DNA from: Bacteroidia bacterium
GTDB lineage: Bacteria; Bacteroidota; Bacteroidia; M30B66
Reading direction: 5' to 3'
Length of the DNA stretch: 64,000 bases
Assembly: GCA_965279035.1 (NCBI GenBank)
Contig: OZ257142.1
Location: 3,936,001-4,000,000, forward strand
This document shows, one piece after another, positions 1-10,728 of this stretch. A program made the translations under genes and the position numbers. Within the stretch, counting starts at the first letter, position 1. Each line of letters opens with the position of its first letter. The notes below the pieces were generated by a model that made no database searches, was not told where the DNA came from, and worked only from the letters and a program-made list of their open reading frames with translations.

Positions 1-132
1 TTTTCGCTAGAAGAAGCGATGGAATACATTCAGAAAGATGAGTATGTAGAAATCACTCCAACTGCTCTTCGAATTCGGAAGATTCATTTGGATGAAAATA
101 CTAGAAAACGTGCTTCGGCACAGCTTTCTTAA
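1..132 (+). CDS. typA: Translational GTPase TypA/BipA, C-terminal end (partial)
   Basis: Frame 1 reads FSLEEAMEYIQKDEYVEITPTALRIRKIHLDENTRKRASAQLS*, the conserved TypA C-terminus (SLE.A.E.I..DE.VE.TP...R.RK). Confidence 0.9.
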   Translation, partial: FSLEEAMEYIQKDEYVEITPTALRIRKIHLDENTRKRASAQLS

Positions 133-151
133 TCCATTGGATTTATAAATT

Positions 152-186
152 AAACGCCTGCTTCTTTTATAGAGGCGGGCGTTTTT
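152..186 (+). terminator. Intrinsic terminator after typA
   Basis: AAACGCCTGCTTCT-TTTAT-AGAGGCGGGCGTTT hairpin followed by a T-run. Confidence 0.75.
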
Positions 187-214
187 GTTTTCACAAACAT
201 CAATAACTGAAACG

Positions 215-249
215 AAAAAAGCCAGTCCTAATGAAAGAACTGGCTTTTC
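215..249 (-). terminator. Intrinsic terminator of the 268..1293 gene
   Basis: AAAAAAGCCAGT...ACTGGCTTTT hairpin; the A-run gives a U-tail on the minus strand. Confidence 0.7.
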
Positions 250-267
250 AGATAGTATTAGAGAAAC

Positions 268-1293
268 TTAGTGAGCAACAAATACTTTAGTTGTTACAGA
301 AGCTCCTTTGTTATTCATAGCACGTAGAATATACATTCCGTTATTCAAATTCGAAGTTGATACTACGGCAATGTTCATTTTACCAATGATTGATTCTTTG
401 GCAACAACACGACCACTTAAATCCAATACTTCAACGCCAGTAAGTTCTTCACCAGAAGCAAAGTTTACAGTCATTAGTTCGTTAGCTGGATTTGGAGTGA
501 TGTTTAAGTGTTGAGAAGCAGCTACTTCAGCAAATCCAACTTCATTTGGATTTACGTACGTTACTGTTGTATCGCTTGAAGTTGAAGTAGCATCAATTGT
601 TAGTGTCATCAAATTATATCCTGGATGATCTGTTGAAACCCAAGTGTAAACAGTAGTTGTTCCTTGTCCAGCCGGTGGAGGAAGTGGAATTCCGAAATCG
701 TCTGTATAGTTTTGAATTGATTTTTGACGTAGAACATTGCTGAAAGTTCCTGCTGGAGTAGTTAAAGATCCTGAACCATCAATCAAAGCTACATTTGTTC
801 CTGTACGTGTAAATCCAGATGTTCCTGCAGTTACAGCCATTGCATAGTCATCAGTAAATGTTGAATTTAAACTTGCAGGGAAATGCAAAATGTCCATTGC
901 ATCTGTATAGTTTAAAAGAACATCTCCATCAGTAGCATGAGCAAATCCACCAATCATTTGCCATGTATTAGCATCCACTTTAAAATACGCTGCTACATTT
1001 GTAGAACCATCTGTAGATTCAACTGCATAGGAAGCTGTAGGGAAATTAGAACTTCCTATTGCTCCTGCTGCTGGAACTGTAGTTTCGGTATAAGATGAAT
1101 CAGATACCAAAGAGGCAAAATTCCAACTTTGTCCTGAACCTGAAGCACCTACACTTAAGGCACCACTTAAACTTACAACGTGGTAAACTTGCGATAGACC
1201 TGGCGATGGAGTCCAATTAGAATTAATCGTTTGAGCATTTAAGCCTAACGAAACAGAAGCAAATGCCGCTGCGATAAGAGTAACGTTTTTCAT
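268..1293 (-). CDS. Secreted protein with T9SS type-A sorting domain
   Basis: Signal peptide, Ser/Thr/Gly-rich beta body, C-terminal ITPNPA...DLSGR...LNNGMYIL...KVFV sorting domain. Confidence 0.85.
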   Translation of the reverse strand: MKNVTLIAAAFASVSLGLNAQTINSNWTPSPGLSQVYHVVSLSGALSVGASGSGQSWNFASLVSDSSYTETTVPAAGAIGSSNFPTASYAVESTDGSTNVAAYFKVDANTWQMIGGFAHATDGDVLLNYTDAMDILHFPASLNSTFTDDYAMAVTAGTSGFTRTGTNVALIDGSGSLTTPAGTFSNVLRQKSIQNYTDDFGIPLPPPAGQGTTTVYTWVSTDHPGYNLMTLTIDATSTSSDTTVTYVNPNEVGFAEVAASQHLNITPNPANELMTVNFASGEELTGVEVLDLSGRVVAKESIIGKMNIAVVSTSNLNNGMYILRAMNNKGASVTTKVFVAH

Positions 1294-1554
1294 GCGTTTT
1301 TTTTCTTAAAATTATTATTGAAAAAGAAATTGTTAACTACTGCAAAAGGAAACTGTGAACAATAGGATGTGCATAGCTTTAACAGCAAAAATCCTAACGG
1401 TTTTTCTCCTACAGAGTTACTGACAGAAAATTCAATTTCCACAGCAGATGTGTAAGAAATCATGCATTAGAGGCCTTCTCCACATGAATTGCTCGCATAA
1501 TCTATAAGATTGAGCAAATTCTTACTAAAATCACAGTGTAAGTTCAAGTGAAAA

Positions 1555-2646
1555 TCAGCGCGCTTTCGATAAAGTAAAACCGAACGTTGTTCCAATTCCA
1601 AGAGTACTTCGAACATTAATGGTTTGGTTGTGCGCTTCAATAATATGCTTCACGATTGATAATCCCAATCCTGTTCCTCCAATATCTCGAGAGCGACTTC
1701 GATCTACCCGATAAAAGCGTTCGAATAAACGCGGGATATGTTCTTGTGAGACACCAATTCCGTTGTCGGTAACCTCAACCAGAATATTCTCATCCATATC
1801 GTAAAACGAGAGCTTGGTTTCCCCGATTTGCTTGCTATACTTAATTGAATTAACCAATAAATTACTCAATACTTTTTGTACACTTTCTCGATCAGCCTTC
1901 ACATAAATCGGTTTGTCGTATACTTCTTTAAATACAAGCTTTACGTTACTTTTTTCAGCACTGTATTGAATACTCGACATGGTATCACGCGCTAATTCTA
2001 CGATATCAAATTTCTCTTTGTGTAAGATGAGTTGTCCTGATTCGAATTGGGTAATGATTTCCAAATCTTCTACAATATTGACCATGCGCTCCACACTTTT
2101 CTCAGCACGTTCGAGATAGGTTCGATTGATGGAAGGGTCTTCTAATCCACCTTCGAGCAAGGTCATAATATAACCCTGAATGTTGAAGATGGGAGTTTTT
2201 AATTCGTGACTCACATTGCCAAGAAATTCGCGGCGGTAATTTTCGAGATTTTTGAGGTATTCGATTTCCTCTTTTTGGTCTTTAGCCCAAGCTTCAACGT
2301 CTTTATTCACGGCGGCTATGATGTCGGTATTTAAATCAACTGATTTGGGCTTTTGTCCCTTTTTCAGTTTTAATTGATGGATATTCTTATAAATGAGTTT
2401 GATTTTCCGGTAGATGAATCGTTCAACAGCAAATTGAAAGAGGAAAAATGAAAGGATAAACGTTACCGTACTCACCACGATAGGCACCCAAACCGTATAG
2501 TGTTTATGGAAAAGGTACTCCGAAATACTCACTAAAAATCCCACACAAACCGAAAACCAGAATGCGAGGTAAAGCGATAAACTACGCGGCGTTGAAGTAT
2601 TTAGCCGTTGTGCAAAGGTGAGTTTGGGGATTGCTTTAGAATTCAA
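1555..2646 (-). CDS. Sensor histidine kinase, PhoR-like
   Basis: Two N-terminal TM segments; H-box VSHELKTP; N-box NLLVNSIKY; DNGIG; FERFYRVD; GTGLGL. Confidence 0.9.
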   Translation of the reverse strand: MNSKAIPKLTFAQRLNTSTPRSLSLYLAFWFSVCVGFLVSISEYLFHKHYTVWVPIVVSTVTFILSFFLFQFAVERFIYRKIKLIYKNIHQLKLKKGQKPKSVDLNTDIIAAVNKDVEAWAKDQKEEIEYLKNLENYRREFLGNVSHELKTPIFNIQGYIMTLLEGGLEDPSINRTYLERAEKSVERMVNIVEDLEIITQFESGQLILHKEKFDIVELARDTMSSIQYSAEKSNVKLVFKEVYDKPIYVKADRESVQKVLSNLLVNSIKYSKQIGETKLSFYDMDENILVEVTDNGIGVSQEHIPRLFERFYRVDRSRSRDIGGTGLGLSIVKHIIEAHNQTINVRSTLGIGTTFGFTLSKAR

Positions 2647-3316
2647 ATTTGTATCCTACTCCTTTAATGGTACGAATGTATGTATCTCCAAGTTTTTCTC
2701 GAAGTTTTCGGATATGAACATCAATTGTACGATCACCTACAACTACATCATCTCCCCACACATTTTTTAAAATATCTTCTCTGGTAAAGACTTTCCCAGG
2801 TCGAGAAGCTAATAATGCTATCAACTCAAACTCTTTTTTTGGAAGATTGATTTGAACATTGTCTTTCACAATCAAGTATTTCTCCCGATCAATCATAAAC
2901 CCATTCACATCCAATACTTCCTCTTCCTGATTGTTACCTTTTCTACGCAATAGTGCTTTCACCCTTGAAACTAAAACACGTGGCTTGATTGGCTTATTGA
3001 TATAATCATCAGCACCTGCATCAAATCCAGCAATCTGAGAATAATCTTCGTTACGCGCTGTCAAGAAAGCAATAAGCACATCCTTTAATTCTGGAATTTC
3101 ACGAATGACGCGACAGGTTTCAATACCATCCAAATCGGGCATCATCACATCCAAAATAATCAACTGTGGTCTTTCTTGTTGAGCCAATCGTATCGCATCT
3201 TTCCCATTCCCACTCGTGAATACATCAAATCCTTCTTTTGTCAAATTGTAGCTAATGAATTCCAGAATATCCGGTTCATCATCTACAAGCAAGATTTTTA
3301 TTTTCTCTGCACTCAT
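2636..3316 (-). CDS. OmpR/PhoB-family response regulator
   Basis: Receiver domain (LVDDE, LDVMMP, KP) plus winged helix (RTIDVHIRKLREKL...GVGYKF); overlaps the kinase start. Confidence 0.92.
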   Translation of the reverse strand: MSAEKIKILLVDDEPDILEFISYNLTKEGFDVFTSGNGKDAIRLAQQERPQLIILDVMMPDLDGIETCRVIREIPELKDVLIAFLTARNEDYSQIAGFDAGADDYINKPIKPRVLVSRVKALLRRKGNNQEEEVLDVNGFMIDREKYLIVKDNVQINLPKKEFELIALLASRPGKVFTREDILKNVWGDDVVVGDRTIDVHIRKLREKLGDTYIRTIKGVGYKFEF

Positions 3317-3338
3317 AAGTCAGTGTTACGTTTCGGTT

Positions 3339-3416
3339 GCGAAATTATTCCTGTTATGAATCCCGAAAGTTAAGTCGAGGTTATGAAATTGACACAATCG
3401 TGATGAACAAATGTTA
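3339..3416 (-). promoter_or_regulatory. Putative promoter with 11-bp-phased TAAC repeats (pho-box-like) upstream of the response regulator
   Basis: GTTA on the + strand at 3369, 3380 and 3413 (multiples of 11 bp), plus one at 3353; -7-like TAATTTCG at 3340-3347 on the minus strand. Confidence 0.45.
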
Positions 3417-3445
3417 TATTTTTTGAAATAAGAACCATTATGTAA

Positions 3446-4792
3446 TTAAACGACTTTGCTTTTCCATGTGCCTTTTCGCATGTATAACCAGGAAACAATC
3501 CATAAAGCAAAGAAATAGTATGGTTCAGTAAACCAAATAACAAATACATCTGCTTTTAACTGAATTCCTAAAAACCAGGCTAAGAGTAAATACGAAGCAA
3601 TTGTTATGGTTTCGATTAACAAAGATGTTTTTGTGTTACCCGATCCAGTTACTCCACTATACCAAGTCATGGCTGGGCCAAACAGCAATAAGGAAGCAGT
3701 TATTACAAATAGGGTTGGAATACTTTGGCTAATTAATCCTGTGGCGTCTTTGTTTTCAACGGCTAAACCAAGAACCATTTCTGGAATGAGTAAATTAACC
3801 AATACAAAAGGAGCAACCAGAAGCAGTGAAAGCCATGTAATGCGTTTGAGTAAAGGCAATACATCCTGATATCGGCCTTCGCCAATGGTAAACGAAACCA
3901 TCGTGTTTGAAGCAGAACTTAATCCCCAGAAAGGAACCATTTCAAACATATAAATGATTCGAATAATGACAGAAATTGCTAAGGCTCTTTCTCCACTTTG
4001 TTCAATTATGATGAAGAAAAGAAACCATCCAGCATGGGAAATAAAATTCTGAAACATCACTGGTGAAGCAATGGAAGAAATGCTTCTCATCACCTCGGGT
4101 TGCCATTTCCACGATTTAAAAAGATGATAGGTTTGATGGTATTTCCCAATATAAGCATGCGTAGCGAACCATATTAGGCCAATAATTTCTGATAGTGAAG
4201 AAGCGATTGCTGATCCGGCAATTCCTAATGAAGGAAAACCCCAAGCCCCAAAAATGAGCGCGTAATTGAGAATGACATTGGAAATTGCCATGACAATTGT
4301 GCTCCAAATAATTACGCCTGTGCTTGAAACACCAATAAAGAAAGCACGATACGCCAAATTAATCATGGCAAACGTGATCCCCCAAGCTCGATTATCTAAA
4401 TACTTGACCGAAGCTTCATAAACAGCTGGTGATTTTACTAGACTCTTTAATATGGGTGGTCCTAGAAATTCCATTCCTAGCCATAGAAACAAGGCCATTC
4501 CAACAAGGAAGATCAAACTGTTGTCGAAAATATCGCCGATCGCATGGTATTTTTTTTCTCCGTGACGACGTGCAATGAGTATTTGAACACCGGTTGAAAA
4601 TCCAAGTCCTAAAATGTAAATCGTTGTATAAAAGAGTCCCGCTAGTCCAACGGCTGCGAGCGAAACTTCATCCACTCTTGCCATAAAAAAAGCATCCGTG
4701 GCTAAAATAACGTTCGATGCAATTCCACCTATGATGATGGGTGTTGCAAGCCGCATGATATGGCCGTAGGAAGATGTTTTAGGCAATGACAT
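3446..4792 (-). CDS. MATE family efflux transporter
   Basis: About 12 TM helices; typical MATE N-terminus (LATPII...D.FF...LAAVGL) and NVILNYALIFG.WGFP.LGI.G.AIA motif. Confidence 0.9.
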   Translation of the reverse strand: MSLPKTSSYGHIMRLATPIIIGGIASNVILATDAFFMARVDEVSLAAVGLAGLFYTTIYILGLGFSTGVQILIARRHGEKKYHAIGDIFDNSLIFLVGMALFLWLGMEFLGPPILKSLVKSPAVYEASVKYLDNRAWGITFAMINLAYRAFFIGVSSTGVIIWSTIVMAISNVILNYALIFGAWGFPSLGIAGSAIASSLSEIIGLIWFATHAYIGKYHQTYHLFKSWKWQPEVMRSISSIASPVMFQNFISHAGWFLFFIIIEQSGERALAISVIIRIIYMFEMVPFWGLSSASNTMVSFTIGEGRYQDVLPLLKRITWLSLLLVAPFVLVNLLIPEMVLGLAVENKDATGLISQSIPTLFVITASLLLFGPAMTWYSGVTGSGNTKTSLLIETITIASYLLLAWFLGIQLKADVFVIWFTEPYYFFALWIVSWLYMRKGTWKSKVV

Positions 4793-4800
4793 GAATCAAA

Positions 4801-5973
4801 TTATCGAACCAAAACAACCAATCCTTTCAGGTATTCGCCTTCGGGATGATAGATACTTACTGGATGATCGGCAGGTTGAGTGAGTTGATGTAAAATCACT
4901 ACTTCGCGTCCGGCTTCAATGGCAGCTGCTGTAACAGTATTGCGGAACAATTCCCGATCAACTACTTGGGAGCAAGAAAATGTAAATAACAAACCATCTG
5001 GACCAATTTGCTCCATCGCCATTTTATTGATGCGTTTGTATGCTTGAACAGCACGGTGACGAGCATCTTGATGTTTGGCAAATGCTGGTGGATCGAGCAC
5101 AATGACATCGTATTCGGCCTTGTTCGATTTTAACCATTCGAGCACATCAGCAACAATGGCTTGATGTTTTTCTTCGGAGAAGCCGTTTAATTCAATATTT
5201 TCTTTGGTTAGCTCAATGGCTTTTTTCGAACTATCAACCGAATCAACGCGAGTTGCACCTTCTGCTAATGCATACACCGAAAATCCACCGGTATAGCAAA
5301 AGGTATTGAGTACCGTTTTGTCTTTGGAATAACGTCCAACTAACTCACGGTTATCGCGTTGATCGATGAAGAAACCCGTTTTTTGTCCAGTGATAAAATC
5401 AATGTGAAAACGATGTCCATTTTCGACATACTCTTCTTGAATTGCCTCGCCCAATAAATACGCATTGGCTCCATCTTTCCCGAGTGTTTCGGATGATTTA
5501 TCGTAAACTGCTTTGATGAGTCCGTTGCTTTGAGAAACAATCGCCTGAGCAATCATTTTACGTGATGCATACATTCCGTGCGAATGACATTGAACAACAG
5601 CTGTTGATCCGTAAACATCGACTATGAGCCCGGGCATATTATCGCCTTCGGCATGAACCAAACGGAAAATATTGGTGGCTTGAGAAGGAAATCCAATCCG
5701 ACGACGATGAGCATAGCAGCGTTCAAACGCTTCGTTCCAAAAATCTTGATCGATGAGAATATCTCCAAAAAATAATATCCGAACGGTAATTGAACCTTTT
5801 TGATAATGCCCAACACCAAGCACTTCGCCTCGTTGATCTTTAACGCGAACGGTATCGCCATCTTGAAGATCGCCTTCGGTTCGGGCAATTGCGCCAGAAA
5901 AAACCCAAGGATGAAATCGTTGAAGGGAACGTTCTTTTCCCGGTTTGAGGTGAATAACAGATAGTGCCGACAT
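4801..5973 (-). CDS. rlmI: 23S rRNA m5C1962-type methyltransferase, RlmI/RlmK family
   Basis: HPWVFSGAI (PUA), GQKTGFFIDQRDNR, VLNTFCYTGGFS, DPPAFAK, FSCS, YLK. Confidence 0.85.
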   Translation of the reverse strand: MSALSVIHLKPGKERSLQRFHPWVFSGAIARTEGDLQDGDTVRVKDQRGEVLGVGHYQKGSITVRILFFGDILIDQDFWNEAFERCYAHRRRIGFPSQATNIFRLVHAEGDNMPGLIVDVYGSTAVVQCHSHGMYASRKMIAQAIVSQSNGLIKAVYDKSSETLGKDGANAYLLGEAIQEEYVENGHRFHIDFITGQKTGFFIDQRDNRELVGRYSKDKTVLNTFCYTGGFSVYALAEGATRVDSVDSSKKAIELTKENIELNGFSEEKHQAIVADVLEWLKSNKAEYDVIVLDPPAFAKHQDARHRAVQAYKRINKMAMEQIGPDGLLFTFSCSQVVDRELFRNTVTAAAIEAGREVVILHQLTQPADHPVSIYHPEGEYLKGLVVLVR

Positions 5974-6079
5974 AATTGCGCGAAGATAGTGATTCGGAGC
6001 AGCTAGAAATGGAATTCAGATCGGATTGAACCCGTATCATTTTGAAAGATTTTGACATCATCTTTCTTTGTCAAAAACA

Positions 6080-6087
6080 TACCTTTG
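6080..6087 (+). promoter_or_regulatory. Bacteroidota -7 promoter element for the tolC operon
   Basis: TACCTTTG (TAnnTTTG) ending 9 nt before the ATG at 6097. Confidence 0.55.
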
Positions 6088-6096
6088 AGCCTTTCT

Positions 6097-7512
6097 ATGA
6101 AAAGATACCTCTCCATTTGTTTTTGTCTGTTTGTTTTGTCGCTAACAGTGCAAGCTCAAACTGTAAAACGTTGGTCCTTGCAGGAATGCATTGAGTATGC
6201 GATAGCTAATAATTTACAGATTGCTCAAAATAATTTGAGCGTTAATCAAGCCGAAAACACCTTGCTACAAACCAAAGCAGGTGCGCTTCCTACATTAAAT
6301 GGTTCTGCAAATCATACGTATAACTTCGGTAGAAGGATTGACCCCTTTACCAATGTGTTTGCAACTAACCGAGTGCTTTCTCAAAATTTCAGCTTGAGCA
6401 GCAACGTGAATTTGATCAGTGGATTATCGAATACTCAAACGATTTTAGCAAATCAGCTTTCAGTAATTGCAGCGCGCTATAATAATGACCAATTAAAGAA
6501 TAATATATCGCTTCAGGTGACGAATGCTTTTTTGCAGATTATCCTAGCAGATGAATTATTGACCATTGCCGACAATCAACTTCGACTTACAAGAGAACAA
6601 TCGGAAAGAGGAAAACTTTTGTACGAAGCTGGAAGAACAGCCAAAGGAGATTTTCTTCAAGCGGAAGCACAATTGGCAAATGAAGAATTGAATGTTGTAA
6701 CAGCACGCAATCGTCTCGATTTAGCTAAACTCACTTTAGCTCAATTACTATCGCTTGAATCGGCTGATGAATTTGATATTGTGAAGCCTGACTTTGATAA
6801 AATGCCCATTGAGCTTCCACCGTATAATGCGCGTGATTTATTTACAACTGCTGCTGAGCGTCAACCGGGAATTTTGGGTGCAGAGTATCAATTGAAAAGT
6901 GCAGAACGAGGCTTAAGAGCGGCACGAGGTGGATATTATCCAAGCTTGAGTTTGTTTGGTGGAATTGGAACTGGGTATTCTGAACTTTCTAGAACAGCTA
7001 TTGGAAGCACTATTCAACAACAGAATCTGGGGACATTTCAAGGACAACCGATCATTATTGATGTGGAAGTTCCAACGTATGAGAAAACTCCTTTTCACAA
7101 TCAGTTGAATCAGAATTTTAACCGTACAGTAGGCTTCTCGTTGAATGTTCCCATTTTTAATGGATTGAGAACAAGAACGCAAGTTTCACAACAAAAAATT
7201 GCGGTTGAAAATGCGCGACTTCAACACCAGATTACAAAAAATCAATTGCGCCGTGATATTCAAACAGCTTGGTTCGATGCACGTTCTTCGTATGAACGTT
7301 ATCAAGCAACGCAGAAATCGGTGAATGCATTGCAAGAAGCTTTCAGCTATATTCAACAGCGTTACGATGTTGGAATGGTGAATGCCTTGGAATTTAATAC
7401 ATCAAAAAATCAGTTGTTGAGTGCTAAAAGTAATCTTGCTCAAGCACGTTATGAATTTATTTTAAGGGTAAAAGTGCTCGATTTTTATCAAGGCAAACCC
7501 ATCGTATTTTAA
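6097..7512 (+). CDS. TolC-family outer membrane efflux protein
   Basis: Signal peptide, WSLQECIEYAIANN, two OEP repeats, C-terminal LDFYQG; the ATG at 6097 is preferred over the upstream TTG. Confidence 0.88.
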   Translation: MKRYLSICFCLFVLSLTVQAQTVKRWSLQECIEYAIANNLQIAQNNLSVNQAENTLLQTKAGALPTLNGSANHTYNFGRRIDPFTNVFATNRVLSQNFSLSSNVNLISGLSNTQTILANQLSVIAARYNNDQLKNNISLQVTNAFLQIILADELLTIADNQLRLTREQSERGKLLYEAGRTAKGDFLQAEAQLANEELNVVTARNRLDLAKLTLAQLLSLESADEFDIVKPDFDKMPIELPPYNARDLFTTAAERQPGILGAEYQLKSAERGLRAARGGYYPSLSLFGGIGTGYSELSRTAIGSTIQQQNLGTFQGQPIIIDVEVPTYEKTPFHNQLNQNFNRTVGFSLNVPIFNGLRTRTQVSQQKIAVENARLQHQITKNQLRRDIQTAWFDARSSYERYQATQKSVNALQEAFSYIQQRYDVGMVNALEFNTSKNQLLSAKSNLAQARYEFILRVKVLDFYQGKPIVF

Positions 7513-7517
7513 GAAAC

Positions 7518-8912
7518 ATGAAAAAAAGAACTTGGATCATTCTCAGTGTACTGTTCGTATTTATTGTAGTAGGAATTGCTGCCAAGAAAGCCGGATGGAT
7601 TGGAAAACCAACTGCTTTAGAAGTAAGTGTTGAAACCGTTCAAAAACGCACCATTGTAGAGACCGTTTCTGCCAATGGGAAAATTCAACCCGAAGTTGAA
7701 GTGAAGATTAGTGCCGATGTTTCGGGGGAGATTGTGGAGATGAAAGTGATTGAAGGACAAAAGGTGCAAAAGGGCGATCATTTACTTACGATTAATCCCG
7801 ATATGATTAAAGCAGTTGCTGATCGTATTGCTGCAACAGTAAGCCAAGCCAAGGCGAATCTTGCGAATTCACGAGCACGTGAAAATCAGGTAAAAGCTAC
7901 GTTTATCAATATCGAAACAAGCTTTAATCGTAGTAAAAAATTGTATGATCAAAAGGCGATTTCGGATGCAGAATTTGATGCAGCAAAAGCACAATATGAA
8001 GGAGCAAAAGCCGATATGGAAGCTGCTCGACAAACGGTAATTGGCTCTGACTTTAGTGTTCGTAGTGCCGAAGCCAGTTTGAAAGAGGCAAACGACAATC
8101 TATCACGCACACGCATTTATGCTCCAACCGATGGAACAGTTTCGAAGCTGAATGTTGAATTGGGCGAACGCGTTGTTGGAACAGCTCAAATGAGCGGAAC
8201 AGAACTACTTCGTATTGCCAACCTCAATGAAATGGAAGTGCGCGTTGATGTGAATGAAAATGATATTGTTCGTATTCATTTGAACGATACAAGTGACGTG
8301 GATGTGGATGCATACGCCGATCGTAAATTCAAGGGAATCGTTACCGAAATATCGAATTCTTCAAATAACTCTTCGGTAGCAGTAAACAGTGCAGATCAAG
8401 TAACCAACTTCACTGTTAAGATTCGCATTCTACGCGAGTCCTATGCCGATTTGGTTGATACGGCTCATCCCTATTTATCACCTTTCCGCCCAGGCATGTC
8501 TGCAACTGTTGATGTGAGAACGCATTCGGAAGTGAATGTTTTAACGGTTCCGATCATGTCGGTAACAGTGCGTACCTTGAAAGAACTTCAAACCAAAAGT
8601 GAAGGTAATAGAGAAGGAGAAGCTCCTTTAAATGATGAAGAAGAGTCAAAGCCGAAGACCGAAGAGAAAGAAAAAACGACAGCTGAAGAAGAAGTGAAGG
8701 AGATTGTTTTTGTGTTAGAAAATGGGAAAGTGAAACCTGTTGAAGTAAAATCAGGCATTCAGGACAATAATTACATTCAGATTTTAAGTGGATTAAAAGA
8801 AGGACAAGAGGTAGTTTCAGGTCCATATTCAGCAATTTCGAAAGTGTTAAAAGAGGGCACAGCGGTAGAAAAGACTAGTGCAGATAAATTGAATCAACGA
8901 AAAGAGAAATAA
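7518..8912 (+). CDS. Efflux RND/MacA-type periplasmic adaptor subunit
   Basis: N-terminal TM; GKIQPEVEVKISADVSGEI lipoyl-like motif; coiled coil; IYAPTDGTV; FRPGMSA. Confidence 0.9.
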   Translation: MKKRTWIILSVLFVFIVVGIAAKKAGWIGKPTALEVSVETVQKRTIVETVSANGKIQPEVEVKISADVSGEIVEMKVIEGQKVQKGDHLLTINPDMIKAVADRIAATVSQAKANLANSRARENQVKATFINIETSFNRSKKLYDQKAISDAEFDAAKAQYEGAKADMEAARQTVIGSDFSVRSAEASLKEANDNLSRTRIYAPTDGTVSKLNVELGERVVGTAQMSGTELLRIANLNEMEVRVDVNENDIVRIHLNDTSDVDVDAYADRKFKGIVTEISNSSNNSSVAVNSADQVTNFTVKIRILRESYADLVDTAHPYLSPFRPGMSATVDVRTHSEVNVLTVPIMSVTVRTLKELQTKSEGNREGEAPLNDEEESKPKTEEKEKTTAEEEVKEIVFVLENGKVKPVEVKSGIQDNNYIQILSGLKEGQEVVSGPYSAISKVLKEGTAVEKTSADKLNQRKEK

Positions 8913-8914
8913 GT

Positions 8915-9616
8915 GTGAGTGGAATTCGAATTCTACATATTGAAACAGCAACAACAGCTTGTTCTGTATCCATTGCTGAAGATGGAAAATTGATTTCTGT
9001 TCGTTCAATAAGTGAAGGATATAAACATGCAGAGAATCTATTCAAGTTGATTCGGGAAGTGATGGAAGATGCTGCTTGGAAACAACAGGATTTGTCGGCA
9101 GTAGCAGTTTCGGCAGGACCAGGATCATACACAGGATTGCGTATTGGAGTTTCTGCAGCAAAGGGAATTTGTTATTCTTTGTCGATTCCGCTCATCTCCA
9201 CTTCTACCCTATTTACCTTAGCTGCCGGTTTCAAACGTCGATTTCCAGAAATAGACACCTTGCTTTGTCCTATGATAGATGCCCGCAGAATGGAAGTGTA
9301 CACTGCAATATATTCTGCCGATTTGCATACGTTACGCTCCGATCATCCACTTATAATAAAAGGCACAGAAAGTATCCCAGAATTAAACGAGCAGGCTGTG
9401 AGTTTCTTTGGTGATGGGGCGTTTAAGTGTGTTGAGTTGATGGATCAACATCCGAATTTCGGGTATTATAACAACATTGAACTTTCAGCCGAAGATATGG
9501 TTCAATCTGCCCTTGAATCGTATCAACTGGGCAGCTTTGCCGATCTTGCCTATTTCGAACCAGAATACTTGAAGCCTTATCATGGCACTCCGCCCGTTTC
9601 CAAACCCCTGTTTTGA
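8915..9616 (+). CDS. tsaB: tRNA t6A biosynthesis protein TsaB
   Basis: ILHIETAT..CSV, GPGSYTGLRIG, IDARRMEVY, EPEYLK. Confidence 0.95.
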   Translation: MSGIRILHIETATTACSVSIAEDGKLISVRSISEGYKHAENLFKLIREVMEDAAWKQQDLSAVAVSAGPGSYTGLRIGVSAAKGICYSLSIPLISTSTLFTLAAGFKRRFPEIDTLLCPMIDARRMEVYTAIYSADLHTLRSDHPLIIKGTESIPELNEQAVSFFGDGAFKCVELMDQHPNFGYYNNIELSAEDMVQSALESYQLGSFADLAYFEPEYLKPYHGTPPVSKPLF

Positions 9617-9653
9617 AAATGAATGCATATTAAAATGCTGAATTCAAATTGCC

Positions 9654-9756
9654 CGCTTCGACAAGCTCAGCGCGCAGCATCAGCCAAGCTGATAAGATCC
9701 GATATCATTCACGCTCCCTGAGCCTGTCGAAGGGAGCACATCTCCCGATAACTATC
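9654..9756. repeat. Dispersed ~100-bp palindromic element (CTTCGACAAGCTCAG family), copy 1
   Basis: Two inverted CTTCGACA(A/G)GCTCAG arms; near-identical to the reverse complement of 16072-16180. Confidence 0.85.
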
Positions 9757-9790
9757 AGGAACACCAGCACATCATCTAATCAGCACATCA

Positions 9791-10726
9791 ATGAAAGGCC
9801 TCGTCATTCGTTCTACAGGAAGTTTCTGCACGGTAAAGACCGATGATGGAAATGTGCGCGAGTGCAAAGTAAAAGGTTCGTTTCGGATGAAAGGAATTAG
9901 AACAACAAACCCAATAGCAGTAGGCGATCGTGTTGTTGTTGAAGCATCACTTGGTGGTGATTATTTTGTGATTACAGAGATTGAACCTAGAGAAAACTAC
10001 ATCATCCGACGTTCAATCAATTTGAGTAAAGAGGCTCATATTTTAGCTGCCAATGTGGGGAAAGCGTTTATTATAGTTACTATCAGTTCTCCTCGTACTT
10101 CCTTAGGTTTTATCGATCGTATGCTCATTAATTGTGAAGCGTATCATATTCCAGTTTCCATTGTTGTAAATAAATGTGATACGTATTCAAGCGATGCTGA
10201 TATAGATAAATTGGCTGAATTGCAAGACATCTATAATCAAGCAGGCTATGAAGTAATCCTTGTTTCTGCTCTCAATGGATTTCAATTGGATGCCTTGAAA
10301 TTACAAATGGATGATAAAATCAATTTGTTTATTGGTCATTCTGGTGTTGGAAAATCAACCTTAATCAATTCCTTAAAACCTGGACTTCAATTAAAAACAG
10401 GAGATATTTCAGCTGCTCATAGCAAAGGAAAACACACGACTACCTTTGCCGAACTATTCGAATTGTGGGAAAATTCTTGGATTATTGATACTCCAGGAGT
10501 GAAAGAATTTGGGATTGTGGATATGAAGAAAGAAGAGATTGGTGACTATTTCCCTGAAATTCGACGCTTAGCTGAACATTGTCGCTTCAGTAACTGCATG
10601 CATGAAAATGAACCAGGATGTGCAGTAAAAGAAGCTGCCGAACATGGTGATTTTTCAGCAATTCGATACAGTTCGTATCTTGGTCTGCTCCATTCTGAAG
10701 AATTAAGTAAAGAATCCTGGGACTAA
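9791..10726 (+). CDS. rsgA: Ribosome small subunit-dependent GTPase A
   Basis: OB fold, [24 protein letters not shown]-terminal [14 protein letters not shown] zinc site. Confidence 0.95.
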   Translation: MKGLVIRSTGSFCTVKTDDGNVRECKVKGSFRMKGIRTTNPIAVGDRVVVEASLGGDYFVITEIEPRENYIIRRSINLSKEAHILAANVGKAFIIVTISSPRTSLGFIDRMLINCEAYHIPVSIVVNKCDTYSSDADIDKLAELQDIYNQAGYEVILVSALNGFQLDALKLQMDDKINLFIGHSGVGKSTLINSLKPGLQLKTGDISAAHSKGKHTTTFAELFELWENSWIIDTPGVKEFGIVDMKKEEIGDYFPEIRRLAEHCRFSNCMHENEPGCAVKEAAEHGDFSAIRYSSYLGLLHSEELSKESWD

Positions 10727-10728
10727 GT

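Noticed and set aside
6097-8912. TolC plus adaptor without an inner-membrane pump as a novel system
   Set aside because: Split efflux loci are common; the ABC/RND partner is probably encoded elsewhere.
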